Below, in pieces: positions 1 through 9,438 of a stretch of DNA of 64,000 nucleotides (within the stretch, counting starts at the first letter, position 1; every line of letters starts with the position of its first letter). This DNA is from Candidatus Falkowbacteria bacterium GW2011_GWF2_43_32 (GTDB taxonomy: Bacteria > Patescibacteriota > Patescibacteriia > Patescibacteriales > UBA12465). The DNA is taken from NCBI GenBank assembly GCA_000999715.1, contig LCGL01000001.1, forward strand, positions 387,139 to 451,138. The letters run 5' to 3'. The position numbers were made by a program, and so were the translations under genes. The notes beneath the pieces are model-generated. The model ran no database searches. It was given only the letters and a program-made list of their open reading frames with translations, and was not told the DNA's origin.

Positions 1-794
1 CGGTCGGTTATCGGGACAAGAAACAATATTTTATTGATCGTTTGGCGCAAGGCATCGCCTTAATCACCGCGGCTTATTATCCTAAAGACGTCATCGTTCG
101 TTTAAGCGATTTCAAAACCAATGAATACGCCAACTTAATCGGCGGTCGCGAATACGAGCCGGTGGAATCCAATCCGATGATCGGTTTTCGCGGTGCCAGT
201 CGTTATTATTCCCCGTTATTTTTGCCGGCCTTTAAGTTGGAATGCGAAGCTATCAAGAAAGTGCGGGTCGCCATGGGATTGAAAAATTTGAAAGTCATGA
301 TTCCTTTTTGCCGTACCGTGGAAGAAGGTCGGAAGGTTCAGCAAGTGATGGCCGATAACGGTTTGAAACGCGGTCAAGACGGCTTGGAAATTTATGTAAT
401 GGCGGAAATTCCCGCTAATATTATTTTGGCCGAGAAATTTTGTCACATTTTTGACGGCTTTTCCATCGGTTCCAACGATTTGACTCAGTTGACCTTGGGA
501 ATAGATCGCGATTCGGGAGGAACCTTGGAAGTCGCCGGCGTCAACAACGAGAAGAATGAAGCGGTCAAGGAATTGATCAGACAATTGATAAAAACAGCCA
601 AAAAATATCGTCGTAAAGTCGGTATTTGCGGCCAAGGACCGAGCGATTTCCCCGACTTCGCGGAATTTTTGGTGGAAGAGGGCATTGATAGTATTTCTTT
701 GAATCCCGATACGGTTATTTCCACCACTTTGACGATTGCGCAACGAGAAAAATTGATTCGGCGCAGTAAAGGAATATTGAGTTTATTTTTTTAA
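1..794 (+). CDS. ppsA: Phosphoenolpyruvate synthase, C-terminal part (5' end outside the window)
   Basis: PEP-utilizer C-terminal motifs ESNPMIGFRGASRY, FSIGSNDLTQLTLG, GICGQ. Confidence 0.93.
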   Translation, partial: VGYRDKKQYFIDRLAQGIALITAAYYPKDVIVRLSDFKTNEYANLIGGREYEPVESNPMIGFRGASRYYSPLFLPAFKLECEAIKKVRVAMGLKNLKVMIPFCRTVEEGRKVQQVMADNGLKRGQDGLEIYVMAEIPANIILAEKFCHIFDGFSIGSNDLTQLTLGIDRDSGGTLEVAGVNNEKNEAVKELIRQLIKTAKKYRRKVGICGQGPSDFPDFAEFLVEEGIDSISLNPDTVISTTLTIAQREKLIRRSKGILSLFF

Positions 795-836
795 AGCAGT
801 TTTATTGAAGATAAATTTTTTGGATGTGCTGCCAAT

Positions 837-880
837 AAAAACACCCGCTCCTGGTACGTAGACAGGCGCGGGTGTTTTTT
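837..880. terminator. Bidirectional intrinsic terminator
   Basis: aaaaacacccgc...gcgggtgtttttt hairpin between convergent genes. Confidence 0.8.
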
Positions 881-899
881 ATTTTAATTTGAAAATTAT

Positions 900-1577
900 T
901 TATTTTTTGGCGATTTCTTTTGCCGGGACCGCTTCGGGAACAATTGTCGGTTGTTCAATGACGATCGGCGTTTCTTCAATGACGATTACTTGGATTTTGG
1001 CGACTTTAACGCCGAACTGCCGAGCATCGCTTTTTTCTTTCATCCAAACGTCAACCCGGTCGCTGTATCTTTTGTTCATGCGATCGCGAACGATAAAAAT
1101 ACGGTCGCCGAATAATTCCGGAATTTGAACTTTAGTGCCGAATTTCAAGAAATTGGCGGCAATGGTATCTTCTTCATTATGCGCGCAGACGTCAAAACCG
1201 TTGGCCGTGATACAAGGAGTATCGTCGGTTTGAGCGGCTTCGGAGTTGTAAGCGGTAATCGTGTGCGTACTGGTACGGATAATTTTGATCACCGGAGCGG
1301 GAAGCACTTGTTCCGTCTCGGTAACCGTCGGATCGGAATTCATTAATTTAGCGGCCTCTTGATCCATCACCGCTTCTTTTAACAAAGAATCGTTGATAAT
1401 CAGCTCTTCCAGAGCGGACGCGGCCGTTACTTTGGCTTTATTGACCGCTTCATCGGCCAAGGCCGGCGAGAAAAACAGGGTAAATTGGAAGATGCAAGCA
1501 ATAACTACCAATAAAACCAAACCCTGCTTTCCGCTTAAAGGCACGATTTCTTCGCTTAATTTTCGTAATATAGTCAT
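900..1577 (-). CDS. 3D-domain (three-Asp) cell-wall protein with N-terminal membrane anchor
   Basis: TITAYNS...QTDDTPCITANG...IAANFLKFGTKV...VRDRMN...VDVW pattern. Confidence 0.8.
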   Translation of the reverse strand: MTILRKLSEEIVPLSGKQGLVLLVVIACIFQFTLFFSPALADEAVNKAKVTAASALEELIINDSLLKEAVMDQEAAKLMNSDPTVTETEQVLPAPVIKIIRTSTHTITAYNSEAAQTDDTPCITANGFDVCAHNEEDTIAANFLKFGTKVQIPELFGDRIFIVRDRMNKRYSDRVDVWMKEKSDARQFGVKVAKIQVIVIEETPIVIEQPTIVPEAVPAKEIAKK

Positions 1578-1845
1578 ATTGTTTAATATTAGCCAAATTA
1601 AAAATTCCTACCATATCATAATATAATGACAATAGAGCAGGAATTTTCTTGACTAATTACTTTATCACATGTTGAAAAAAAAGTCAAGGCTAAAGCCAGG
1701 ATGCCTGTAGACAAGTTATTGACATAAATTAATAAATGTGATATACTTCACCAGAGTAATTCAGTGATAATTAAAAACAAAAAAGAGCGGGTGAGCCGTT
1801 CTTTAACAATAAAATAACAATAAAAAACATAAAAACCGAGAAATC

Positions 1846-2574
1846 ATGAAAAAAGCAGGAAAAAGTTTAGTTTTTATTTTAATGGCCGCCTTGGTGGTCA
1901 CGGTGTCCGGCAATGTTTACGGACAAAGATCAAAAATTGATTATGGAGACAAAAACTCCAAAAACATTGAAGCGTCGGTACAAATTTTTCACCAGCAAAT
2001 CGCCGGTTATCAGTTAAAAATTGACGAGTTGCGCTCGACTAATAAAAATTTGTGGCAACTCTTTCAACGTTCCGAAGATAACGATTATGTAAAACGTTAT
2101 GCCCAACAAATTCGTTACAATGATTCTTTGATTGCCGAGTATGATCAAAAAATCAACTATTTGGAACAGCAAACGGATGAATTCATTTCCGTGGCTGCCG
2201 GCAAGGATAATCAAAAGATTTGTAAATTGCGGGGTAAAGCGGAAGATGTCGCAACCGCTTATGTGATAATCGCTTATGCCGAACAAGCCGACCGGAGAGA
2301 CTCGGTAGCGCAATTGACGGGACTGTTGGTGAATAAGTGGCATTATCCGGTCACCGCCATCGTAACCGGTCCGGGAAATTTTTACAGGGAATTTTCCTTG
2401 AGAGCCAAAGACGGCCAAGCGGTTTTCAGTCTCCCGTCTCCCGGTAGATATACAACAACTTTTGTATTTGATACTCAGAGGCGCAGTATTGTAAAAACTG
2501 CCGGCATTTCTCATGTATATTATGATGATGACGGTCAAGCCTATGATTATAAGGCTACTTTGTTAAAAAATTAA
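1846..2574 (+). CDS. Hypothetical secreted protein (coiled coil followed by a beta-rich C-terminus)
   Basis: 242-aa ORF with signal peptide, upstream TTGACA promoter-like sequence and own terminator. Confidence 0.7.
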   Translation: MKKAGKSLVFILMAALVVTVSGNVYGQRSKIDYGDKNSKNIEASVQIFHQQIAGYQLKIDELRSTNKNLWQLFQRSEDNDYVKRYAQQIRYNDSLIAEYDQKINYLEQQTDEFISVAAGKDNQKICKLRGKAEDVATAYVIIAYAEQADRRDSVAQLTGLLVNKWHYPVTAIVTGPGNFYREFSLRAKDGQAVFSLPSPGRYTTTFVFDTQRRSIVKTAGISHVYYDDDGQAYDYKATLLKN

Positions 2575-2575
2575 A

Positions 2576-2602
2576 AAAAGGGATGTTTAAAACATCCCTT
2601 TT
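2576..2602. terminator. Bidirectional intrinsic terminator
   Basis: aaaagggatgttt/aaacatccctttt inverted repeat between convergent genes. Confidence 0.8.
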
Positions 2603-2621
2603 ATATTTGTTCATTGAAAGA

Positions 2622-3023
2622 TTAAATCGTCGAACCCATGGTGCTTCCTCCGCCGAAAGGAATATATTTGAAGACGAAATAAGTGATGGCATAAGCGGCC
2701 ATGACGATAATTAAACCGACGACCGCATTTGTGATGATGGTTTGCGCTTTTTTGATTTGTTCTTCATTGCCCCCGGCCATCATCCATCTGAATCCGGAAA
2801 CGATAATCAAAATGATGAAAATGATTCCCAGGAGTCCCAAAGCCACTTTAATTATTCCGGCAACCAAAACCCCGATATCCATATCGCCCAGATTGGCCGT
2901 AGTGGCGGTCAGATTGGTCATTTCTTCCAAAGCGTCGGTATCCGTCAACAGTTGGGCGGAAGCGCTTTGCACGAATAAAACCGATAAAGCCGTTAAGATG
3001 AATAAGCTGAGAATTTTTTTCAT
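2622..3023 (-). CDS. VirB2/TrbC-like (CPR-type) pilin
   Basis: Signal peptide, two TM helices, GFRWMMAGGNEEQIKKA motif. Confidence 0.85.
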   Translation of the reverse strand: MKKILSLFILTALSVLFVQSASAQLLTDTDALEEMTNLTATTANLGDMDIGVLVAGIIKVALGLLGIIFIILIIVSGFRWMMAGGNEEQIKKAQTIITNAVVGLIIVMAAYAITYFVFKYIPFGGGSTMGSTI

Positions 3024-3024
3024 A

Positions 3025-3435
3025 TTATTGTCCCATTAATATTAATCGGCGTAAAACAAAGGTCCAAAGACTCCAGGCGGAAATGGAGACAATCAAACCG
3101 ATCAAGGCGCTCTTTATCGTGCTTTGGGCTTTTTTGATTTTTTCTTCATTGCCGCTGGCCGTCATCCAGCCGTAACCGGCGATGACCATCAGAACGATGA
3201 AAGTAATGCCGGCAAAACCGATAAAGGCGCCGACAATCGTGCCGGCGATAATCGGAGTGGAAGCGATAGAAGAATCGGTTTGATAGCCGCCGCCTTGACC
3301 GACATTTTGCAAGGTCTGCAGAATGCGGGGAGAGCCGGCGCTGTCCGAGTTTTCTTGCGCACGCACCAGAAAGGGGGAAATTAACAGTCCGAACAGCAGG
3401 AGAGAAAGAAAAATGACGGTGTTTATTTTTTTCAT
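3025..3435 (-). CDS. VirB2/TrbC-like pilin
   Basis: GYGWMTASGNEEKIKKA motif, two TM helices. Confidence 0.85.
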   Translation of the reverse strand: MKKINTVIFLSLLLFGLLISPFLVRAQENSDSAGSPRILQTLQNVGQGGGYQTDSSIASTPIIAGTIVGAFIGFAGITFIVLMVIAGYGWMTASGNEEKIKKAQSTIKSALIGLIVSISAWSLWTFVLRRLILMGQ

Positions 3436-3442
3436 ATAAAAT

Positions 3443-3847
3443 TTATTTAGCGACTATAATGCGAGCCAATAAACCGCCTAAGCCGGAGGCTAGAGCATAG
3501 GCAACCAGTACCAAGCTTAAACCGATTAACAGATTTTGGATAGTGGCCTTGGATTTTTTGATTTTTTCTTCATTGCCGGCGGCCTGCATCCAATTATTGC
3601 CGGCGACAAACATCAGTACGATGAAAATTGTCCCCAAGATGGAGAGAAAAACGCGAATGCCGGTGCTGATGATATTTTCCAAGCTGTTTTCTTGGTATTC
3701 GGCGTCGCCCGCGGTGGCGGCCTCATTTACTCTTTGATAAAATTCCGTGTTCTTATAATCTTGAAAAATAGCCGCCTGCGCGACGGAAATATTTAAAATC
3801 AGAAAAGCGGATAAGGCCAAAACAGTTGAGATAAGGATTTTTTTCAT
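3443..3847 (-). CDS. VirB2/TrbC-like pilin
   Basis: GNNWMQAAGNEEKIKKS motif; ATG at 3847 gives MKKILIS signal peptide. Confidence 0.85.
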   Translation of the reverse strand: MKKILISTVLALSAFLILNISVAQAAIFQDYKNTEFYQRVNEAATAGDAEYQENSLENIISTGIRVFLSILGTIFIVLMFVAGNNWMQAAGNEEKIKKSKATIQNLLIGLSLVLVAYALASGLGGLLARIIVAK

Positions 3848-3855
3848 ATTCCCGA

Positions 3856-4254
3856 TTATTTCCAAAAAGCGTTAATTAAGAAATAGCTGAGAGCGTAAGC
3901 GGCCAAAACGACAATCAATCCCAGCAGGGCGTCCATAATAACGGCCGTGGATTTTTTGACTTTTTCTTCATTGCCCTGGGCAATCATCCAGGTGAAGCCG
4001 CCGTAAAGAACTAGAACGAAAAAGATTACTCCCAAAAGTCCCAGGAAAAGATAAATTACGATGCCGATGATATCTTCTACGGTAGAAGCTTCGGCGACGT
4101 CATAACCGGCTCGGTTAGCGGCGGCGTTCAGGCCGCTGTCTTCGGAAAAAGAATAAGTTCCGGATTCTTGCGCCAACAGAGGGCCGGAAAATGATAAGCA
4201 GATAAGCAAAACTGCCATGGCCAGTATCAGTTTTTTAAATGATTTTCTTTTCAT
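3856..4254 (-). CDS. VirB2/TrbC-like pilin
   Basis: GFTWMIAQGNEEKVKKS motif. Confidence 0.85.
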   Translation of the reverse strand: MKRKSFKKLILAMAVLLICLSFSGPLLAQESGTYSFSEDSGLNAAANRAGYDVAEASTVEDIIGIVIYLFLGLLGVIFFVLVLYGGFTWMIAQGNEEKVKKSTAVIMDALLGLIVVLAAYALSYFLINAFWK

Positions 4255-4256
4255 TG

Positions 4257-4655
4257 TTATTCTAAAATTTGTCGACCGATGAAATAAGTCAGCGCATAAG
4301 CGGCGAAAACAATCACTATGCCGATGACGGCATTGGTGATCATGGTTTTGGCTTTGGAAATTTCTTGTTCATTGCCGCGCGCCGTCATCCAAGTGACGCC
4401 GGCGTAAATCATTAAGACAAAGAAAAGCACGCCGACAAAGGCCAGTACGACGCCGACGACTTGTCCGACTTTGGTGGTCAGGAATCCGGGCCCGAAAGTT
4501 TCGTTGGTTTGACTGCGGAAAGCGTCCACGCGGGAAGCGGTGCTGTTTAGACCCTCCAACGTAGTGTCCAGAGCCGTTTGCGCCTGAATGACATTGAAAA
4601 CGGAGAAAAAGGCGAAGACGGCGGAGAATAGAGAGATAAAAATAGTTTTTTTCAT
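4257..4655 (-). CDS. VirB2/TrbC-like pilin
   Basis: GVTWMTARGNEQEISKAK motif. Confidence 0.85.
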   Translation of the reverse strand: MKKTIFISLFSAVFAFFSVFNVIQAQTALDTTLEGLNSTASRVDAFRSQTNETFGPGFLTTKVGQVVGVVLAFVGVLFFVLMIYAGVTWMTARGNEQEISKAKTMITNAVIGIVIVFAAYALTYFIGRQILE

Positions 4656-4703
4656 AAATAATGGCCGGTTAATTGGCGGGCCGGCAGATTATAACGAAGT
4701 TAT

Positions 4704-4746
4704 TCACTGCTCCGAACAGGAAAAAATTTCCCGTCCGGAGCAGTGA
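4704..4746 (-). promoter_or_regulatory. Strong intergenic hairpin after the first pilin gene
   Basis: tcactgctccg...cggagcagtga 11-bp perfect stem with no long U-tract. Confidence 0.55.
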
Positions 4747-4783
4747 CGTCCATCATAAAGATGAACATCACTTATTTTTTTAG

Positions 4784-5173
4784 TTATCCTGCTATACCGC
4801 TGCTGAGTGAATTGATAACAAAAGTCGCTATCGCCCAGGAGGCCAAGATAATTACCAAGCCGATAACGCCGGCGCCCAATAATTTTTTAGCTTCGCTGGT
4901 TTTTTCTTCATTACCCATGGCCGTCATCCATTTGAAGCCGCCCAATAAAATGATGCAGACCGCAATCACACCCAAGAATCCTAAGGCGATATTGATGATC
5001 CGACCGATGATTTCTCTCGGATCGCCTTGCGCCAAGCTGTTGTTTAAACCCGTTTCAACTTCGTCAATGCCGAAAGCGTTGTCATTCTGCGCCAAAGCCG
5101 GCAAGGTTAGCATGGGTACCGCCAATAAGGCGATGATAGCCAAAGAGATTAAGTGTTTGGAAAATTTTTTCAT
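4784..5173 (-). CDS. VirB2/TrbC-like pilin (first in the array, probable major subunit)
   Basis: GFKWMTAMGNEEKTSEAKK motif; SD-like aaaggtggtg upstream. Confidence 0.85.
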   Translation of the reverse strand: MKKFSKHLISLAIIALLAVPMLTLPALAQNDNAFGIDEVETGLNNSLAQGDPREIIGRIINIALGFLGVIAVCIILLGGFKWMTAMGNEEKTSEAKKLLGAGVIGLVIILASWAIATFVINSLSSGIAG

Positions 5174-5355
5174 AATTTCACCACCTTTCTAGTTTTTAGA
5201 TATTTTTAATTTTACATCTCTAATTTTAGCATATTATTTAAAACAAGACAAATAAATTACTTAAACGATAAAGTAGTAAATTCTGGCTGTTTTTAGCCAA
5301 GTTTATGCTTAAAGTGTTTAAGGTCGGTCGAATTTGTCCGGACCTCGGTGATTTC

Positions 5356-5715
5356 TTAAAAAATATTGCGATAATGTTTCAGTCGGGCCAGCTTTTTAGC
5401 GCGATCAACCAGAATAACAATCAAATCCAAACGAGCCGTCTCCGGATTGAGGCGGTTTTTAAAACAATAGGCGATAATCGCTCGTTTCAGGTTAAGCGTT
5501 TGGCGCGAAGTTAAAGGATTTTCCGATAAACTGTCGGGAGTTTGCAGGCGTGTTTTTACTTCAATAAAGACCGGTTGTCGTCCTTGTCGGACAATCAAAT
5601 CTATTTCTCGGCGACCCAGCCGACAGTTGACCGCGATTAATTTATAGCCGCGTTTCAACAGATAATCCTTGGCCAGGAGTTCTCCTTGTCGGCCTAAATT
5701 TTGTTTGACGGTCAT
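5356..5715 (-). CDS. yraN: YraN family (UPF0102) nuclease
   Basis: LGRQGELLA..YL..RGY, EIDLI, VFIEVKTR. Confidence 0.88.
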   Translation of the reverse strand: MTVKQNLGRQGELLAKDYLLKRGYKLIAVNCRLGRREIDLIVRQGRQPVFIEVKTRLQTPDSLSENPLTSRQTLNLKRAIIAYCFKNRLNPETARLDLIVILVDRAKKLARLKHYRNIF

Positions 5716-5786
5716 AGTGACGGTTTTAAAAGACCCCTGTTAACAGGGGTCCGGAGATTTTTATCAATATTTTCGCGTTTCCGTGT

Positions 5787-6170
5787 TTAAGGAATATATT
5801 TTTTTAGTTCTTCATTTTGTTCGTGTTCTTTCTTGATTCGCGGAATTCGCGCCAAACTTTTTAAGACGAAAATCAGCCAGACAATCAGACTGATTGCCCA
5901 GATACCCAGCCAAAAGCGCGCCGATAAGAAGGGGATGACCTCGTAATTGAAGAAGAATAAGAGTAAACCGATGACGGCGTTGGCCAAACAAAAATTATAC
6001 AAGCGTTTCAGGAAACCGCGGTAAAGACCGCCCCATTTTTTAAGAAAAGCGATAATGATGGCGAGAATTGCCAAACCGATGAGCAGGCCGATAAATAATT
6101 TTTGCGCCAACGGGGTAAGCGTCTCCGGGCGCAGGTTGAACCAGTAGTCCAAAGTGAGCAAGTTTTGCAT
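5787..6170 (-). CDS. Hypothetical membrane protein
   Basis: 127 aa, three hydrophobic segments, operonic spacing. Confidence 0.7.
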   Translation of the reverse strand: MQNLLTLDYWFNLRPETLTPLAQKLFIGLLIGLAILAIIIAFLKKWGGLYRGFLKRLYNFCLANAVIGLLLFFFNYEVIPFLSARFWLGIWAISLIVWLIFVLKSLARIPRIKKEHEQNEELKKYIP

Positions 6171-6181
6171 AAAGGGTTGAT

Positions 6182-6733
6182 TTATAATTTAATTAGAATT
6201 AAGCCATAGTGATAGGGTCCGGCCTCAAACTCTTCGCTGATGTCCAAGCCGAGTTTCGGGGCGGCGGTTTTCAAGCTGTCGGTTTGAACGCGTCTTTCCC
6301 TGACGGGTCCGAAAGGCAGGTCAATGTTTTTCCATTCGACAATCAACAGTTTTCCGCCTTTTTTCAATAAACGAATCGCCTCGCGCAATATTTCTATTTT
6401 TTTCTCCGATTGGTGAAGAGTATTGATCAAGAGCGCGCAATCCAAACTGCTGGTTTCTATTTTAGTGGCTTTAAAAATTTCCAAGTTGCTCCAAATCGGT
6501 ACGATTTGCGGCAAGTTTTCTTTGGCGGCCTTACTTTTAATTTCATCCAAAGTTGGTTTGAGAATATCGACGGCATAAACCTTTCCTTGTCGACCGACCA
6601 GACGGGCGAGAGGAAAAACAAAAAATCCGAAATTGCCGCAACCCAGTTCCGCCGTTTGCTGTCTTTCGCCGATGCCCGTTTTTTTTAAGATCGCTTGAAT
6701 ATCAAATAAGGCGGTTTTTTTTATTTCTGGCAT
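6182..6733 (-). CDS. Class I SAM-dependent methyltransferase
   Basis: AELGCGNFG motif I, VYAVDI, LKKGGKLLIVEW. Confidence 0.85.
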   Translation of the reverse strand: MPEIKKTALFDIQAILKKTGIGERQQTAELGCGNFGFFVFPLARLVGRQGKVYAVDILKPTLDEIKSKAAKENLPQIVPIWSNLEIFKATKIETSSLDCALLINTLHQSEKKIEILREAIRLLKKGGKLLIVEWKNIDLPFGPVRERRVQTDSLKTAAPKLGLDISEEFEAGPYHYGLILIKL

Positions 6734-6740
6734 ATGTTTA

Positions 6741-7397
6741 TTATTTCACTAAAATTTGTCTGGTGACAGTTTCTTCCCGGCTATATTTTTTCTTGGCCGT
6801 GATCACTAAATTATTCGTGCCCTTTTTTAAATTCACCGTTTGGGAAAAATACCCGTTATCGTTGTTCAATACGAGAACGCCGTTGATTTTTACTTCCGCC
6901 TCCGCTTCGGTATTGCCGGTAACGATCAGGGAAGTATCGGCGGTCAGCAAACTGGTTTCCGGATGGCTAATAACGAGAACGGGCGGAGAAACGATTTTTT
7001 TAAAATAGAAAATCAAATAGAGAAAACATATCAAGACGGCCATAATCATCAAAGCGTTTCGGACAATTTTCGGAAAAATCAGAAATTTATGTCTTTTCAC
7101 TATTTTTTGAGAAAAGGGATCGGCCAAAGAATCGGTTTGTCCGGCGGACCAATTTTCTAAGAGCATCGCGGAATCAAGCTTGAGAAAAGACGCGTATTCC
7201 CTTAAAAAATTTTTACCGTACAATCCGGCCGGCAGATTTTCAAAGCGTTCTTCTTCCAGGGCGATCAGATATTCGGTTCGGATATTTATTTTCTTGGAGA
7301 TATCTTCAATTTTTAAATTCCTTTGCTGGCGCGCCTGGCGCAATCTTTCGCCCGTGGTTTCTTCCAGGGGCAGTTTTTTGGGAATAAAATGGTTCAT
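6741..7397 (-). CDS. RodZ-like HTH membrane protein with C-terminal Ig-like domain
   Basis: GERLRQARQQRNL...YLIALEE..F..LP..YGKNFLREYA..L; one TM helix; start taken at ATG 7397. Confidence 0.8.
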   Translation of the reverse strand: MNHFIPKKLPLEETTGERLRQARQQRNLKIEDISKKINIRTEYLIALEEERFENLPAGLYGKNFLREYASFLKLDSAMLLENWSAGQTDSLADPFSQKIVKRHKFLIFPKIVRNALMIMAVLICFLYLIFYFKKIVSPPVLVISHPETSLLTADTSLIVTGNTEAEAEVKINGVLVLNNDNGYFSQTVNLKKGTNNLVITAKKKYSREETVTRQILVK

Positions 7398-7401
7398 CGT
7401 T

Positions 7402-7968
7402 TTAAGGTTTCGGCTGACAGCATTGGATGTTGCTTGCTCCCGGACACAGACCGGTGCGACAATTTTGACCGATGGCGTTATCCATGCAACTGTAGCCCTG
7501 ACTGCCATAAGTGGCGGCGCATTGATTGCTGGTGCCGCCGCTCCAAGCTATTCCCAGTGAACCCATGACGAATTTTATGATCAGGTAGCTGGAAAATACG
7601 ATAATCAAACCGATCACCGAGGCGACGATTATTTTTTTGGCCTTGCTGATGGCCTCGCTGGAGCCGGCGGAAATCAGAAACGTGAAGCCGCCGTAAATGA
7701 ACATTATTAAAGACAAAGAGCCGACAATCCCCAAAATCCATTTGGAAATATTGATGGCCATCACCATAAAATCGTTGACGGTATAAATTCCGCAGTAGGT
7801 GGCATCGCCGCCGGGGCAACTATTGCCGATTGGGTCTCCCTTATCATTGTAGACGTTAATGTCTCCGGTTGCGGGTGGGAGAATATTGCCCTGCGCTTTG
7901 GCGATAGCGCCGAGCAGGCCAAAACCGATAATCAAGAATAAACTGAAGATGACGTATTTTTTAAACAT
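7402..7968 (-). CDS. Pilin-like protein with Cys-rich extensions
   Basis: GGFTFLISAGSSEAISKAKK pilin core; C-terminal C..GYSC...C..GLCPG..IQCC. Confidence 0.8.
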   Translation of the reverse strand: MFKKYVIFSLFLIIGFGLLGAIAKAQGNILPPATGDINVYNDKGDPIGNSCPGGDATYCGIYTVNDFMVMAINISKWILGIVGSLSLIMFIYGGFTFLISAGSSEAISKAKKIIVASVIGLIIVFSSYLIIKFVMGSLGIAWSGGTSNQCAATYGSQGYSCMDNAIGQNCRTGLCPGASNIQCCQPKP

Positions 7969-7991
7969 ATGTTTGATCGGAGCGGCCGGCC

Positions 7992-9371
7992 TTAATTTAT
8001 CGTTTGTTGAATTTTAGCCGCGGCGTTATTGATTATATTTTGTAATTTTTCTTCGGAATTGTTAAGCGTCGTTTCAATCATTTCTTTGATGGCGTCTTCG
8101 GCCGCTTGAGAATTTCGGCCTTTATACCAACTTCTGGCCGTTAAGACCTGATCGGCGAAAACACCGATTTCGTCATCTGTTCTTTGAGCGGCGACCAGAG
8201 AGCGCAAAGCGGTCGGTTTATTGGTTTTGGCCAGATAGCTTTTTGCTTGCTCTTCTTTGGTGATGAATTGAATAAAATCCCAAGCCTCGTTTTGGTAAGC
8301 GCTTTTTTTGGATACAACCTCCACCCAGTAATTGGCAAAGTTAACGTTGGTCGGCGGCGTACCTTCAATTTGCGGCAGTTTGGCGATGGAAAAATTCAGT
8401 TTCGGCGCCCGAGCTTTAATGGTGGGAATGTCGTAAGCGTAACTGAACATTATTCCCAGATTGCCGCTGATAAACATTTCCAGCGAATTGGGCAGGTCAC
8501 TGCTCCAAGTATAAGATTCTTTGCCCTGGTTGGCAAAATCGGTGTAGAAGCGCAGAGCTTCAATACCGGGATTGTAATCGCTATTGACGCCGGTGGGCGG
8601 AATAGCGTTGAACATCACTTGTCCGGCATCGTTCATCATGACCGCGCCGTTTTGCATCATCAAAATTGTCAGAATATCGCTGAAGCGGTTAATGTTGGCG
8701 GCGGCGCCCAGCGCGATGCCCGATTGGACGAGCTCATGTTGAGCGTTTTGTTGCGTTAATTTTTTGATGTCTTGCAAAAACTCTTTATTCCAATATTGCG
8801 GCGCTTGGCTGATGCCGGCGTTGTTGAACAAATCTTTGTTATAAAACATCGCCAGGGTGTCCACGGAAAGTGGCAGGCCGTAAACCAAGCCGTCATCAAG
8901 AATGACATCGTGGCCGACGACATCCACAAAATTATCTTTAATTTCTTTTAGGGTCAAACTGTTGGCGGTTCGCAATTGCGGCACCACTTCTTTTTTGAGA
9001 GTTCCTTGGACAACCGGATAGGCCATGGTAATCGTGGCCGGCATCGGGACTAATTTTGATTGATATTTTTTCAGCCAGGTATTGTGAAGAGAGAAGATGT
9101 CCGGTCCGCGATCCTCGGCCAAAGCGTTTAAAAGCTCCGCTTCGTATTCGCTATAGCGCAGTTTTCGATATTCAATGGTGATAAAGGGATGCAGGGATTT
9201 GTACTTGGCAATAATGTCTTGGAAAGCGTCGGCGTCGTCATAAACGCGCCAATAGGTGAGCGTGATGGGAGTCATGGCGGCCTGGGTTTCTTTATCCGCC
9301 AATTTACAGCCAAATCCGGAGCTCAACAGGAACACGGCCAAGAGGAATAAAATCGTGATTTTTTTCGACAT
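7992..9371 (-). CDS. Extracellular solute-binding lipoprotein (sugar ABC type)
   Basis: Lipobox-like SGFGC, GPDIF, YGLPLSVDTLAMFYNKDLF, EAWDFIQF; start uncertain. Confidence 0.82.
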   Translation of the reverse strand: MSKKITILFLLAVFLLSSGFGCKLADKETQAAMTPITLTYWRVYDDADAFQDIIAKYKSLHPFITIEYRKLRYSEYEAELLNALAEDRGPDIFSLHNTWLKKYQSKLVPMPATITMAYPVVQGTLKKEVVPQLRTANSLTLKEIKDNFVDVVGHDVILDDGLVYGLPLSVDTLAMFYNKDLFNNAGISQAPQYWNKEFLQDIKKLTQQNAQHELVQSGIALGAAANINRFSDILTILMMQNGAVMMNDAGQVMFNAIPPTGVNSDYNPGIEALRFYTDFANQGKESYTWSSDLPNSLEMFISGNLGIMFSYAYDIPTIKARAPKLNFSIAKLPQIEGTPPTNVNFANYWVEVVSKKSAYQNEAWDFIQFITKEEQAKSYLAKTNKPTALRSLVAAQRTDDEIGVFADQVLTARSWYKGRNSQAAEDAIKEMIETTLNNSEEKLQNIINNAAAKIQQTIN

Positions 9372-9438
9372 ATTTTTATTTTTTAATCTCGCCTTCATTA
9401 TAGCAAAATAGGCTTTTTTATTCAAAGAAAAATCCGGG

